Source of the DNA: a phage
Strand: one strand, 5' to 3'
Length of the DNA stretch: 64,000 bases
Sequence record: PZ452598.1
Part shown: positions 39,134 to 48,962 of the stretch, one piece after another
Layout of the letters: each line of letters starts with the position of its first letter
Position numbering within the stretch: position 1 is the stretch's first letter
The notes under the pieces: model-generated
The model's input: the letters and a program-made list of their open reading frames with translations, nothing else
Database searches by the model: none
Told to the model about the DNA's origin: nothing
Position numbers and translations under genes: made by a program

Positions 39134-39799
39134 TTAAAATTTCATTTTTCGACCTTTAAACCATCCTTCTGGAATTGGGTCAGTTTTCTTAATACGTTTA
39201 GAAACTTTTTCATCTAATGAATGAATCCACATCATACCGAATTGGGAATTCTTTTCACCTTTCTGGTGATTATTTTTGGCGTGAGATTCTTTCATTTTAT
39301 TAATAGTTTCAGGAGTATGATGCTTATTTAGAAATCTGCTATTATTTAAAAATTTTTCCCTGTATTCAGGAGTTGACCACAAACGTTTAAATACATTTGA
39401 ACCAATTTTACGATATTTTTCTTGAAGTAAAATATCATTTTCAAAACGTGACTTAAACGATTTAGCTCCTTTTAAGCTAGCATCTTTCTTCTGGTTTAGC
39501 ATTCCAGGAATATTTACATGATCCCATCCACCTTCACCGCCAAGTTTTAAATTATACACATCTGGTCTATTTAAAAACTCTTCTGTGACAATATTTTTCT
39601 CGGCTTCAAGCATAGATTCTTTATCGTCAAAATACTCTAATATTTCTTTAGAAAAATTTTCTATACCATATTTATCTTGGGCTCTTTTTAATAATTTACC
39701 AGAACCCATATATCCATCATCTAAATTTTCGGTAGAATGCACACCAATATAAATTTTATTATTAATTTTATTTGTTATTTTATAAGTGTAATAGAACAT
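39134..39799 (-). CDS. segB: GIY-YIG homing endonuclease within the tRNA cluster
   Basis: 221 aa with GIY-YIG motif ([32 protein letters not shown]). Position and length match T4 SegB. Confidence 0.85.
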   Translation of the reverse strand: MFYYTYKITNKINNKIYIGVHSTENLDDGYMGSGKLLKRAQDKYGIENFSKEILEYFDDKESMLEAEKNIVTEEFLNRPDVYNLKLGGEGGWDHVNIPGMLNQKKDASLKGAKSFKSRFENDILLQEKYRKIGSNVFKRLWSTPEYREKFLNNSRFLNKHHTPETINKMKESHAKNNHQKGEKNSQFGMMWIHSLDEKVSKRIKKTDPIPEGWFKGRKMKF

Positions 39800-39840
39800 A
39801 AATATCTCCTATTTCTAAGAGTATTTATGTTCTCAAAATA

Positions 39841-39914
39841 TGACCCAGACCAGATTTGAACTGGTAACCTTTCCCTTATGAGGGGACTGCTGCTAACCAT
39901 TGAGCTACAGGGCC
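39841..39914 (-). tRNA. tRNA with anticodon CAU (Ile in T4; Met by anticodon alone)
   Basis: Hand-folded: T-loop UUCAAAU, anticodon loop CUCAUAA, no encoded CCA. One acceptor-stem mismatch, so ends approximate. Confidence 0.7.
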
Positions 39915-39915
39915 T

Positions 39916-39991
39916 TGGTGCTGATTGACGGAATCGAACCGCCGACATCCTCATTACAAGTGAGGTGCTCTACCTACTGAGCTAAATCAGC
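39916..39991 (-). tRNA. tRNA-Thr (UGU), CCA encoded
   Basis: Acceptor GCUGAUU/AAUCAGC, D-arm AGCUCAGUAGGUAGAGC, anticodon loop CUUGUAA, T-arm GGUUCGAUUCC. Confidence 0.8.
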
Positions 39992-39998
39992 AAAATTA

Positions 39999-40085
39999 CG
40001 GAGGCGATAGGATTTGAACCTATGAGTCGCCGGAGCGACTGCCGGTTTTCAAGACCGGTGCATTAAACCACTCTGCCACGCCTCC
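39999..40085 (-). tRNA. tRNA-Ser (UGA), long variable arm
   Basis: 87 nt. Anticodon loop CUUGAAA, T-arm GGUUCAAAUCC, extended variable arm, no encoded CCA. Confidence 0.8.
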
Positions 40086-40087
40086 AG

Positions 40088-40161
40088 TCTCCATACAAGG
40101 ATTTGAACCTTGGACCTCCTGATCCCAAATCAGGCGCTCTACCAAACTGAGCTACACGGAG
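40088..40161 (-). tRNA. tRNA-Pro (UGG)
   Basis: Anticodon loop UUUGGGA, T-arm GGUUCAAAUCC, D-arm AGCUCAGUUUGGUAGAGC. Confidence 0.8.
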
Positions 40162-40171
40162 TAAATTAAAT

Positions 40172-40245
<74 letters not shown>

Positions 40246-40250
40246 AAATT

Positions 40251-40339
40251 TGGTGCGAGAAGTGGGACTCGAACCCACAAGGAAATCATTCCGCAGCATT
40301 TTAAGTGCTGTGCCTTTACCAATTTGACCATTCTCGCGC
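40251..40339 (-). tRNA. tRNA-Leu (UAA), long variable arm, CCA encoded
   Basis: 89 nt. Acceptor GCGAGAA/UUCUCGC, anticodon loop CUUAAAA, T-arm GGUUCGAGUCC. Confidence 0.8.
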
Positions 40340-40411
40340 TGGGAATAAAGGACTCGAACCTTTGCATCTAGCAGTCAAAGTGCTATGCCTTACCAACTTG
40401 GCTAATTCCCA
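40340..40411 (-). tRNA. tRNA-Gln (UUG), abuts tRNA-Leu
   Basis: Acceptor UGGGAAU/AUUCCCA, anticodon loop CUUUGAC, T-arm GGUUCGAGUCC. Directly adjacent to Leu. Confidence 0.75.
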
Positions 40412-40508
40412 ATTATTAACAAAGGCTCTCTAACAAGAACCCTTGATGATAGAGGGTATTAATCAGTGCGGTATGAGTTAATAATAACAAATAATTCTTA
40501 AAGCATAT

Positions 40509-40802
40509 TTACCATTTATGATGATACGTATTTACGATACATTCAAGACCCAAAGGATTCTTGAAAATATCATATTCAAGAGGACCTTTTTCTGTTTCAA
40601 TAAAGAAATCAAAATTTACTGTATTAAATTTACGGTCTTCCTTTACTAATTTAACTTGAGAAGATGAACGATCAATGTAAACCTTTTCAACTTCAAAACA
40701 CGTTAAAATGCCATAATCATCAATCAAGGCTTTAGCTGCTTCTTGATCATATTTATATCCATTTTCAACGGATGATACTTTCGCATAAAGAATCATCATC
40801 AA
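40509..40802 (-). CDS. hypothetical protein
   Basis: 97-aa ORF upstream of the tRNA cluster. Confidence 0.5.
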   Translation of the reverse strand: MMMILYAKVSSVENGYKYDQEAAKALIDDYGILTCFEVEKVYIDRSSSQVKLVKEDRKFNTVNFDFFIETEKGPLEYDIFKNPLGLECIVNTYHHKW

Positions 40803-41209
40803 CCTCTATCAACAATAGCATGAGTATGGGCATTTACGATTTGCCACCAGTCGAAACGATTGGAACCATAATCTGGTTTATTTTCATTTTCTTTAATGAT
40901 ATCACGCAGTTTATCTTCTGTTTCAGCATACGCAATTAAATCATCATATCCACCACAAGGATAATAATTATCACCTGCGAATAAAAGAAAATTTACCTTA
41001 GATGGATTTACGTAATAATGGTCTTTAGGATATTTAGTTCCTCTCCAATCAGTTACTTCAACATAACGGTAAGAAAATCCATTTTTACTTTCAATCCAAC
41101 TCCACGCTTCAAAAGGAGTATTAAAAACTTTATCAGGTATTAAATTACCTTCAAAATGAGAAGGATTTGCATAATCCCCGGCATAAACATAATATTCGTT
41201 AATACTCAT
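40799..41209 (-). CDS. hypothetical protein
   Basis: 136-aa ORF, Trp/Tyr-rich. ATGA overlap with the downstream gene. Confidence 0.55.
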   Translation of the reverse strand: MSINEYYVYAGDYANPSHFEGNLIPDKVFNTPFEAWSWIESKNGFSYRYVEVTDWRGTKYPKDHYYVNPSKVNFLLFAGDNYYPCGGYDDLIAYAETEDKLRDIIKENENKPDYGSNRFDWWQIVNAHTHAIVDRG

Positions 41210-41395
41210 TTATTCACCTTTAGAAATTTTATCCATAACGATAGCAATTAAACCAATTAAAAATGCTACTACAAGTGAAAACACATTTTCTGCTGTAGTT
41301 AATAATCCGCATATAAATCCAACAAACATTGAAAAACTAAAAGCAGAAGCAGAAATTGCAATAGCAACATTTCGAATTAATTCACAGCGTTTCAT
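41210..41395 (-). CDS. small two-TM membrane protein
   Basis: 61 aa, almost entirely hydrophobic. Directly downstream of an early promoter/leader cassette. Confidence 0.5.
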   Translation of the reverse strand: MKRCELIRNVAIAISASAFSFSMFVGFICGLLTTAENVFSLVVAFLIGLIAIVMDKISKGE

Positions 41396-41414
41396 TTTAT
41401 TCTCCTCAGTAGTT

Positions 41415-41456
41415 GATAGGGTAATAGTATCACAGCTAAAACCCTATGTAAACAAC
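41415..41456 (-). promoter_or_regulatory. T4-type early promoter with conserved leader
   Basis: Minus strand reads GTTTACATAGGGTTTTAGCTGTGATACTATTACCCTATCAACTACTGAGGAG. Confidence 0.55.
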
Positions 41457-41471
41457 TTTGTGAAATATTTA

Positions 41472-41759
41472 TTACAAAAGATTTTTAGCAATAATCTTGA
41501 GATGTGCCGCAGAAATGTGTTTAGCTTTAAACAACGCAGTTTCTTCAGCAGGAGAGATAACGATTGTAGCACCATCCTTTTTAGCAGACCACCCATCACC
41601 TAGGTAAACAGTACCTTTGATTTCTTCGCCATCAACCAGACTAATCATTGGTTTACCTTCTCGTCCTTTATTTGCTTTAATAACTTCAGAAGTAAGAGTA
41701 GCTTCGGTAATGGTAGAAACCGGGGTAGTTGTAGAAGTAAATTCTTTAAATGTTTTCAT
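41472..41759 (-). CDS. ipI: internal protein I (injected; anti-restriction in T4)
   Basis: 95 aa, N-terminus MKTFKEFTSTT related to the ipII/ipIII targeting sequence. Position upstream of 57B as in T4. Confidence 0.8.
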   Translation of the reverse strand: MKTFKEFTSTTTPVSTITEATLTSEVIKANKGREGKPMISLVDGEEIKGTVYLGDGWSAKKDGATIVISPAEETALFKAKHISAAHLKIIAKNLL

Positions 41760-41779
41760 TTTTATTTTCCTAATTAATT

Positions 41780-41822
41780 TTGATGAGGTAATAGTATCAC
41801 TACCTCATCAGTATGTAAACAA
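41780..41822 (-). promoter_or_regulatory. T4-type early promoter upstream of ipI
   Basis: Minus strand has GTTTAC then an extended -10 (TGATAC..TATTAC) within the ipI leader. Confidence 0.5.
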
Positions 41823-41832
41823 CTTTGTGAAA

Positions 41833-42529
<697 letters not shown>

Positions 42530-42530
<1 letters not shown>

Positions 42531-43255
42531 TATAGTACCTTTAGTGTATTTTTAATTTTAGAAAAAAGTTCTTCAAGAGAACCATCGTTTGTAATTACTA
42601 AATCGCCATCACGAATTGGCAATCCAGCTTCTGTAATATGTGTATCATTGGATTTTTGACCAGGACGAACTACATGAATTACTGTAGCACCCATCGCCCT
42701 AGCCGCATCCATTTCATGATCTTGACGGGTATCAGGAACGATATAATAATCATAACCTGAGTTAAATTTATCAAGATAATCTAAAGCAAATAATTTTACC
42801 CAGTACATGCGGTCGAAGTTATTAACAATCAAATCCGTACCTAGGGCTTGCATCAGACGACGGACTGACCATTGATCTTCAATATTATTTATAACGTCAG
42901 TAATCTTATTAAATGCTACGAAATTAACTGATTCTTTTCCTTCGTCATCAAAAACAAACACACCTTTAATTGGGCTTTTACCATTAAGATAACAAAATGC
43001 TTGTTCCATAATCGTGATTACTTCTAATTTAGTCAGATTTAAATTAGTCTCACGATCATAGTCAATTCCTTCAAACTCTTTACGAGTTAAGCAAGGATAG
43101 TCAGTGTTTGCTGCAAATACTCCCCATGCATAAGCCAATGCATCCTTAATAGGACCAGCAAGTTGGTATTTAACTGCAGAATAATTGCTCATGATAAAAT
43201 CAGCAGTAGTATCTTTTCCACTACGCTTTACACCGCTTAAAAAGATTAGTTTCAT
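42530..43255 (-). CDS. 1: deoxynucleoside monophosphate kinase
   Basis: Track ORF 254 aa; start trimmed to MKLIFLSGVKRSGKDTT (241 aa) with P-loop. Matches T4 gp1. Confidence 0.9.
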
Positions 43256-43304
43256 GTGTTTCTCCTCAAATTTAATTAAGATTATAACACACAAAACTGA
43301 AGCA

Positions 43305-43835
43305 TTAAACTTCTGCTATAATTTTACCATCTTTTTCTACTTGAAAATAGGTGTAAGGAATTGTTGCAGTACATACTAAAGCCGGGTCTGAATCTTCCGT
43401 GTAGCTAAATTCTACTTCAGATAGGTCAGAAACCCAAGGCTTATAAAAATTTATTGACATCACGATTTCAGTTTTGCTATTATCTAAGATGTAAAGCGTA
43501 ATGTACTCAGGACCTGTTTTTTGGGCAGTATTTTCACCTGTAAGATAGTTGCTAGTTCCTAGCATCCATTCATACATTCCTATCCACGACTTAAGTTCTT
43601 CATCAACTATAAATCTCACAATGAGTGGATCATACTCAAATGTAACACCTGGACGTTGTGCTCGGCCCAGTCCAAACGGCCCAGTCACGGTATCAGTAAC
43701 AGGTATTCTAATTCCTGGAATAGGAACTGACTGAGCATTTAAAGTAAAAGCAGATGTAGTATTACTATGTGGTATTGATACTACAAAGTTAGTTGTATTT
43801 GCTTGGTTAAAAATTTGTTGCAGAGCTTGCGACAT
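43305..43835 (-). CDS. 3: tail completion / tail tube terminator protein gp3
   Basis: Track ORF 203 aa; start trimmed to MSQALQQIFNQ giving 176 aa, the T4 gp3 length. Position between genes 2 and 1. Confidence 0.75.
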   Translation of the reverse strand: MSQALQQIFNQANTTNFVVSIPHSNTTSAFTLNAQSVPIPGIRIPVTDTVTGPFGLGRAQRPGVTFEYDPLIVRFIVDEELKSWIGMYEWMLGTSNYLTGENTAQKTGPEYITLYILDNSKTEIVMSINFYKPWVSDLSEVEFSYTEDSDPALVCTATIPYTYFQVEKDGKIIAEV

Positions 43836-43941
43836 ATATTCCTCATAATGCTTTATAACTGTTGGTGGTATAATGGGTCTAAGTCCCTTCCATTCAATTC
43901 CATTTAGAACAAACAACAGAAAAGAATGGAAGATAATAGAA

Positions 43942-44766
43942 TTAGATATTTGACCAGACTTTGTTTGCAGAGAAACGTTTTCCTTTTGAAACGAACTGCT
44001 GAAGTGGCATCAACACAACGTTCGCCCAGTCTTTCGGGGCGATTTCAACAAGGCTACCCATAATATTACCAGGTATATATGCCTTAATCATTTGGTCTGC
44101 ACCCCTAAATCCTTTCACTTGACTCCAATCAATTTTTAATTTCGTTTTATTAGTAATAGTAGGTGTATTTGCATATTGCTTTAAAAGCTCTTCTAGGAAT
44201 TGCTGACGAGCTTTAGGTGGAATATAGTGCAAGTTTAATCCGTACATTAAATTATGCTTACCTAAACCAAGGTAAATTATCAAAGGAAATTTATCCCAGT
44301 AAGGAAGAGTTTCCTTGTGTTTAGCATCATAAGCAAAAGCATATATTCGTCCCGGCTGCGGGCGAACAACTTTATGTCCTTTTACTTGCTTAATAGTTTC
44401 AGCAAACCACTTTCTGGTTTTATTATTAATTGCTGCGCCTTCATTACGAATTTTATCACGCAATGTTTGTCTGAATGAATTTATCATAAGCAGTTGTCTT
44501 TCTTGCTTATTGAGTTTATTCATTGGTTTTGATTCAAGTTTTTGAATCTTTTCAGCCGTTTTAATTCCTGAAGCATATTTTGACATTGCTGAAGTAAACG
44601 TAGAGTATTTGATTCCTCTTTCTTCAGCAAATTGCTTTCCTGTCATTCCTTTTGCTTTGGCCTTTTTATATTCAAGACCTATCTGAATCCATTTCTTTTC
44701 GTTTAATGATTGCTTAACCTTTGGAACTTGGGGAGTGCTTTCATTAATTATTTGAAAAATAGCCAT
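43942..44766 (-). CDS. 2: DNA end-protector protein gp2
   Basis: 274-aa basic ORF. Length and position match T4 gp2. Confidence 0.88.
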
Positions 44767-45218
44767 TATGCCCCCTTAAAGCCAAGAGCTCGTAATCCAT
44801 CTTCTGTTAGAATTCTAAATTTTATTCCACGCTTTTCAGCTAAAGATTGTGCTGCTTTCCATTTGTCAGTGTTCACAGACCAGGTATAAATTTCATTCAT
44901 AAATCTTTTCTTCGCTGCGGTCGTTAGATGTGCTGGTTTAACTGGTGGTTGTGTTTCTTTTTTAGGTTTTATTTCAATAAAAAATTCTTGTCCAGAAGAA
45001 TCTTTCATCCAAATATCCATGAAGTATCTACGTTTTTTCCCTTCTGCATTACAAAAATAAGGAATTACTGCTGTTTCACTACCCCATGCAATAATTTCTG
45101 GATTTTTATCTAACCATTCAAAAAAGAATTTTTCCCAATTTGATCTATACGTAATTTTTTTAGGGTCACCTCTATACTTTGATATATTTTTAGGAACCCA
45201 TTTTCCAGAATATGCCAT
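44766..45218 (-). CDS. 4: head completion protein gp4
   Basis: 150-aa ORF. First gene of the minus-strand block, driven from a late promoter in the 4/53 gap. Confidence 0.88.
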
Positions 45219-45229
45219 TGGATTCTCCT

Positions 45230-45237
45230 TATAAATA
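45230..45237 (+). promoter_or_regulatory. late promoter core TATAAATA for gene 53
   Basis: Plus-strand tataaata about 28 nt upstream of the gene 53 ATG. Confidence 0.6.
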
Positions 45238-45244
45238 GATAATA

Positions 45245-45252
45245 TATTTATA
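45245..45252 (-). promoter_or_regulatory. late promoter core TATAAATA for gene 4 (divergent)
   Basis: Minus-strand TATAAATA about 27 nt upstream of the gene 4 ATG. Confidence 0.6.
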
Positions 45253-45265
45253 AACAGGAGGGCCC

Positions 45266-45856
45266 ATGCTCTTTACATTTTTTGATCCGATTGAATATGC
45301 GGCCAAAACGGTGAATAAAAACGCGCCGACTATTCCTATGACAGATATTTTTAGAAACTATAAAGACTATTTTAAACGCGCTCTTGCGGGATACCGCTTA
45401 CGTACTTATTATATTAAAGGTTCACCACGCCCGGAAGAATTAGCAAATGCTATATATGGAAATCCACAGCTGTATTGGGTTTTATTGATGTGTAATGATA
45501 ATTATGACCCGTATTATGGATGGATTACTTCGCAAGAAGCTGCTTATCAAGCATCTATACAAAAATACAAAAACGTAGGTGGAGACCAAATAGTATATCA
45601 TGTGAATGAGAACGGTGAAAAATTTTATAATTTAATATCATACGATGATAATCCATATGTTTGGTATGATAAAGGCGATAAAGCTAGAAAATATCCTCAA
45701 TATGAAGGAGCGCTTGCTGCGGTCGATACGTATGAAGCTGCTGTTCTTGAAAATGAAAAACTTCGTCAAATAAAAATAATAGCAAAATCAGACATCAATT
45801 CATTTATGAACGACCTTATACGTATAATGGAGAAATCTTATGGAAATGATAAGTAA
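45266..45856 (+). CDS. 53: baseplate wedge protein gp53
   Basis: 196-aa ORF. Length and position match T4 gp53. Confidence 0.9.
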   Translation: MLFTFFDPIEYAAKTVNKNAPTIPMTDIFRNYKDYFKRALAGYRLRTYYIKGSPRPEELANAIYGNPQLYWVLLMCNDNYDPYYGWITSQEAAYQASIQKYKNVGGDQIVYHVNENGEKFYNLISYDDNPYVWYDKGDKARKYPQYEGALAAVDTYEAAVLENEKLRQIKIIAKSDINSFMNDLIRIMEKSYGNDK

Positions 45857-47567
45857 TAACCTTAATTGGTTTGTCGGTGTTGTTGAAGATAGAATGGACC
45901 CATTAAAATTAGGTCGTGTTCGTGTTCGTGTGGTTGGTCTGCATCCACCTCAAAGAGCACAAGGTGATGTAATGGGTATTCCAACTGAAAAATTACCATG
46001 GATGTCAGTTATTCAACCTATAACTTCTGCAGCAATGTCTGGAATTGGAGGTTCTGTTACTGGACCAGTAGAAGGAACTAGAGTTTATGGTCATTTTTTA
46101 GACAAATGGAAAACTAATGGAATTGTCCTTGGCACGTATGGTGGAATAGTTCGCGAAAAACCGAATAGACTTGAAGGATTTTCTGACCCAACTGGGCAGT
46201 ATCCTAGACGTTTAGGAAATGATACTAACGTACTAAACCAAGGTGGAGAAGTAGGATATGATTCGTCTTCTAACGTTATCCAAGATAGTAACTTAGACAC
46301 CGCAATAAATCCCGATGATAGACCGCTATCAGAGATTCCAACCGATGATAATCCAAATATGTCAATGGCTGAAATGCTTCGCCGTGATGAAGGATTAAGA
46401 TTAAAAGTTTATTGGGATACCGAAGGATATCCGACAATTGGTATTGGTCATCTTATCATGAAGCAGCCAGTTCGTGATATGGCTCAAATTAATAAAGTTT
46501 TATCAAAACAAGTTGGTCGTGAAATTACAGGAAATCCAGGTTCTATTACAATGGAAGAGGCGACGACTTTATTTGAGCGTGATTTGGCTGATATGCAACG
46601 GGACATTAAATCACATTCTAAAGTAGGACCAGTCTGGCAAGCTGTCAACCGTTCTCGTCAAATGGCGTTAGAAAATATGGCATTTCAGATGGGTGTTGGT
46701 GGTGTAGCTAAATTTAACACAATGTTAACTGCTATGTTAGCAGGAGATTGGGAAAAAGCGTATAAAGCCGGTCGTGATTCATTGTGGTATCAACAAACAA
46801 AAGGCCGTGCATCCCGTGTTACCATGATTATTCTTACGGGGAATTTGGAATCATATGGTGTTGAAGTGAAAACCCCAGCTAGGTCTCTATCAGCAATGGC
46901 TGCTACTGTAGCTAAATCTTCTGACCCTGCTGACCCTCCTATTCCAAATGACTCGAGAATTTTATTCAAAGAACCAGTTTCTTCATATAAAGGTGAATAT
47001 CCTTATGTGCATACAATGGAAACTGAAAGCGGACATATTCAGGAATTTGATGATACCCCTGGGCAAGAACGATATAGATTAGTTCATCCAACTGGAACTT
47101 ATGAAGAAGTATCACCATCAGGAAGAAGAACAAGAAAAACTGTTGATAATTTGTATGATATAACCAATGCTGATGGTAATTTTTTGGTAGCCGGTGATAA
47201 AAAGACTAACGTCGGTGGTTCAGAAATTTATTATAACATGGATAATCGTTTACATCAAATCGATGGAAGCAATACAATATTTGTACGTGGAGACGAAACG
47301 AAAACTGTTGAAGGTAATGGAACTATCCTAGTTAAAGGTAATGTTACTATTATAGTTGAAGGTAATGCTGACATTACAGTTAAAGGAGATGCTACCACTT
47401 TAGTTGAAGGAAATCAAACTAACACAGTAAATGGAAATCTTTCTTGGAAAGTTGCCGGGACAGTTGATTGGGATGTCGGTGGTGATTGGACAGAAAAAAT
47501 GGCATCTATGAGTTCTATTTCATCTGGTCAATACACAATTGATGGATCGAGGATTGACATTGGCTAA
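45840..47567 (+). CDS. 5: baseplate central spike with lysozyme domain gp5
   Basis: 575 aa. Lysozyme domain (MAEMLRRDEGLRLKVYWDTEGYPTIGIGHLI) is paralogous to gene e. C-terminal VxGxxxxx beta-helix repeats. Confidence 0.97.
   Translation: MEMISNNLNWFVGVVEDRMDPLKLGRVRVRVVGLHPPQRAQGDVMGIPTEKLPWMSVIQPITSAAMSGIGGSVTGPVEGTRVYGHFLDKWKTNGIVLGTYGGIVREKPNRLEGFSDPTGQYPRRLGNDTNVLNQGGEVGYDSSSNVIQDSNLDTAINPDDRPLSEIPTDDNPNMSMAEMLRRDEGLRLKVYWDTEGYPTIGIGHLIMKQPVRDMAQINKVLSKQVGREITGNPGSITMEEATTLFERDLADMQRDIKSHSKVGPVWQAVNRSRQMALENMAFQMGVGGVAKFNTMLTAMLAGDWEKAYKAGRDSLWYQQTKGRASRVTMIILTGNLESYGVEVKTPARSLSAMAATVAKSSDPADPPIPNDSRILFKEPVSSYKGEYPYVHTMETESGHIQEFDDTPGQERYRLVHPTGTYEEVSPSGRRTRKTVDNLYDITNADGNFLVAGDKKTNVGGSEIYYNMDNRLHQIDGSNTIFVRGDETKTVEGNGTILVKGNVTIIVEGNADITVKGDATTLVEGNQTNTVNGNLSWKVAGTVDWDVGGDWTEKMASMSSISSGQYTIDGSRIDIG
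47290..47460 (+). repeat. tandem octapeptide-coding repeats (gp5 C-terminal beta-helix)
   Basis: Repeated ggtaatg/gttaaaggt/gttgaaggt units encoding VEGNGTIL VKGNVTII VEGNADIT VKGDATTL VEGNQTNT. Confidence 0.6.
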
Positions 47568-47577
47568 TATACTTCCA

Positions 47578-48096
47578 ATGAGCGCTGATTTAGGAGAATC
47601 CATGGAAGGTTCTTCTATCGACGTCACCTTTACCGCTCAATTAGAAACAGGTGAAACGTTAGTATCTATAAATATAACTAGTTACGAAGAAACTCCTGGG
47701 GTTTTAGTAGAAGAAAATCGCTTATATGGAACATATGAATCTGTATTTGGTTTCGGAAATGACGCGTTGAAATATCGTTTAGGCGATGAATTTAAAACTG
47801 CTGCTTCATGGGAAGAACTTCCTACTGATTCTGATACTCAGTTGTATTTGTGGAAAGCTCCTCAAAACCTCCAGAAGACATTCACTTACGAAGTAACATT
47901 AATATATGACTACCAAGAACAAAGTGAATCTGGGGGTTCTGGCAGTAATTCTAGGTCATCTTCTGATACTACTGAACCGACAGATCCTCCTGCTCCAGTA
48001 AGAAAAACTCTAGTTAAAAATTATACTAAAACTATAGTTGGAAATTGGAGTCGTTGGGCTAATAAACTGAGAAAATATGCCTATGCAAGACCATAA
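47578..48096 (+). CDS. hypothetical acidic protein (T4 5.1 position); start uncertain
   Basis: Track ORF 47539-48096 begins at TTG inside the gene 5 3' end. First ATG after the gene 5 stop is at 47578 (MSADLGES). Confidence 0.5.
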   Translation: MSADLGESMEGSSIDVTFTAQLETGETLVSINITSYEETPGVLVEENRLYGTYESVFGFGNDALKYRLGDEFKTAASWEELPTDSDTQLYLWKAPQNLQKTFTYEVTLIYDYQEQSESGGSGSNSRSSSDTTEPTDPPAPVRKTLVKNYTKTIVGNWSRWANKLRKYAYARP

Positions 48097-48673
48097 ATAT
48101 TTTTATTTGTATTCAATAACTAATAAAACAACAGAAAAAATTTATGTAGGCGTCCACAAAACTTCAAATTTGGATGATGGGTATATGGGTTCTGGCGTTG
48201 CCATTAAAAATGCCATTAAAAAATATGGCATAGATAATTTTTATAAGCATATTATAAAATTCTTTGAATCTGAAAAAGCTATGTATGACGCAGAGGCAGA
48301 AATAGTCACAGAGGAATTTGTTAAATCTAAGAAAACTTATAATATGAAACTAGGCGGTATCGGTGGCTTCCCAAAACATAACACAGCGGGTGCTAAAAAT
48401 GGATTTTACGGTAAATCTCATTCGCGTGAAACTAGATTGAAAATTAGCATTAAATCGTCTAGAAAAAGAGGGCCTAGAGGGCCTAGAGGTAAAACTCTGA
48501 AGATGTGTGGCGCCAATAACCCAAGGTATGGCAAAATAGCCCCTAATGCTAAATCTGTTATTATCAACGGCGTTTTATATAAAAGTATTAAAATCGCAGC
48601 TAAAGCTCTTAATATAAATTATAGTACCTTAAAGGGGCGAGTTAAAGCGGGGTATTATAAATGTCAGGATTAA
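48077..48673 (+). CDS. segC: GIY-YIG homing endonuclease
   Basis: 198 aa with GIY-YIG motif ([32 protein letters not shown]) closely resembling segB. Position near gene 5 as in T4. Confidence 0.8.
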
Positions 48674-48954
48674 GTTATGATAAGTGTGTTACTGCTGGCC
48701 ATGAAGCGTGGCCTCCAACAGTTGTGAATGCTACACAAAGTAAAGTATTCACTGGAGGAATTGCTGTTCTCGTAGCAGGCGATCCAATTACAGAACATAC
48801 AGAAATTAAAAAGCCGTATGAAACACATGGCGGAGTGACACAACCTAGAACTTCTAAGGTATATGTCACTGGAAAGAAAGCTGTTCAAATGGCTGATCCA
48901 ATATCATGCGGTGATACTGTGGCTCAGGCATCATCTAAAGTATTCATTAAATAG
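48661..48954 (+). CDS. 5.4: PAAR-repeat spike tip protein gp5.4
   Basis: 97-aa ORF. Length and position match T4 gp5.4. Confidence 0.85.
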
Positions 48955-48962
48955 GATTTAAA

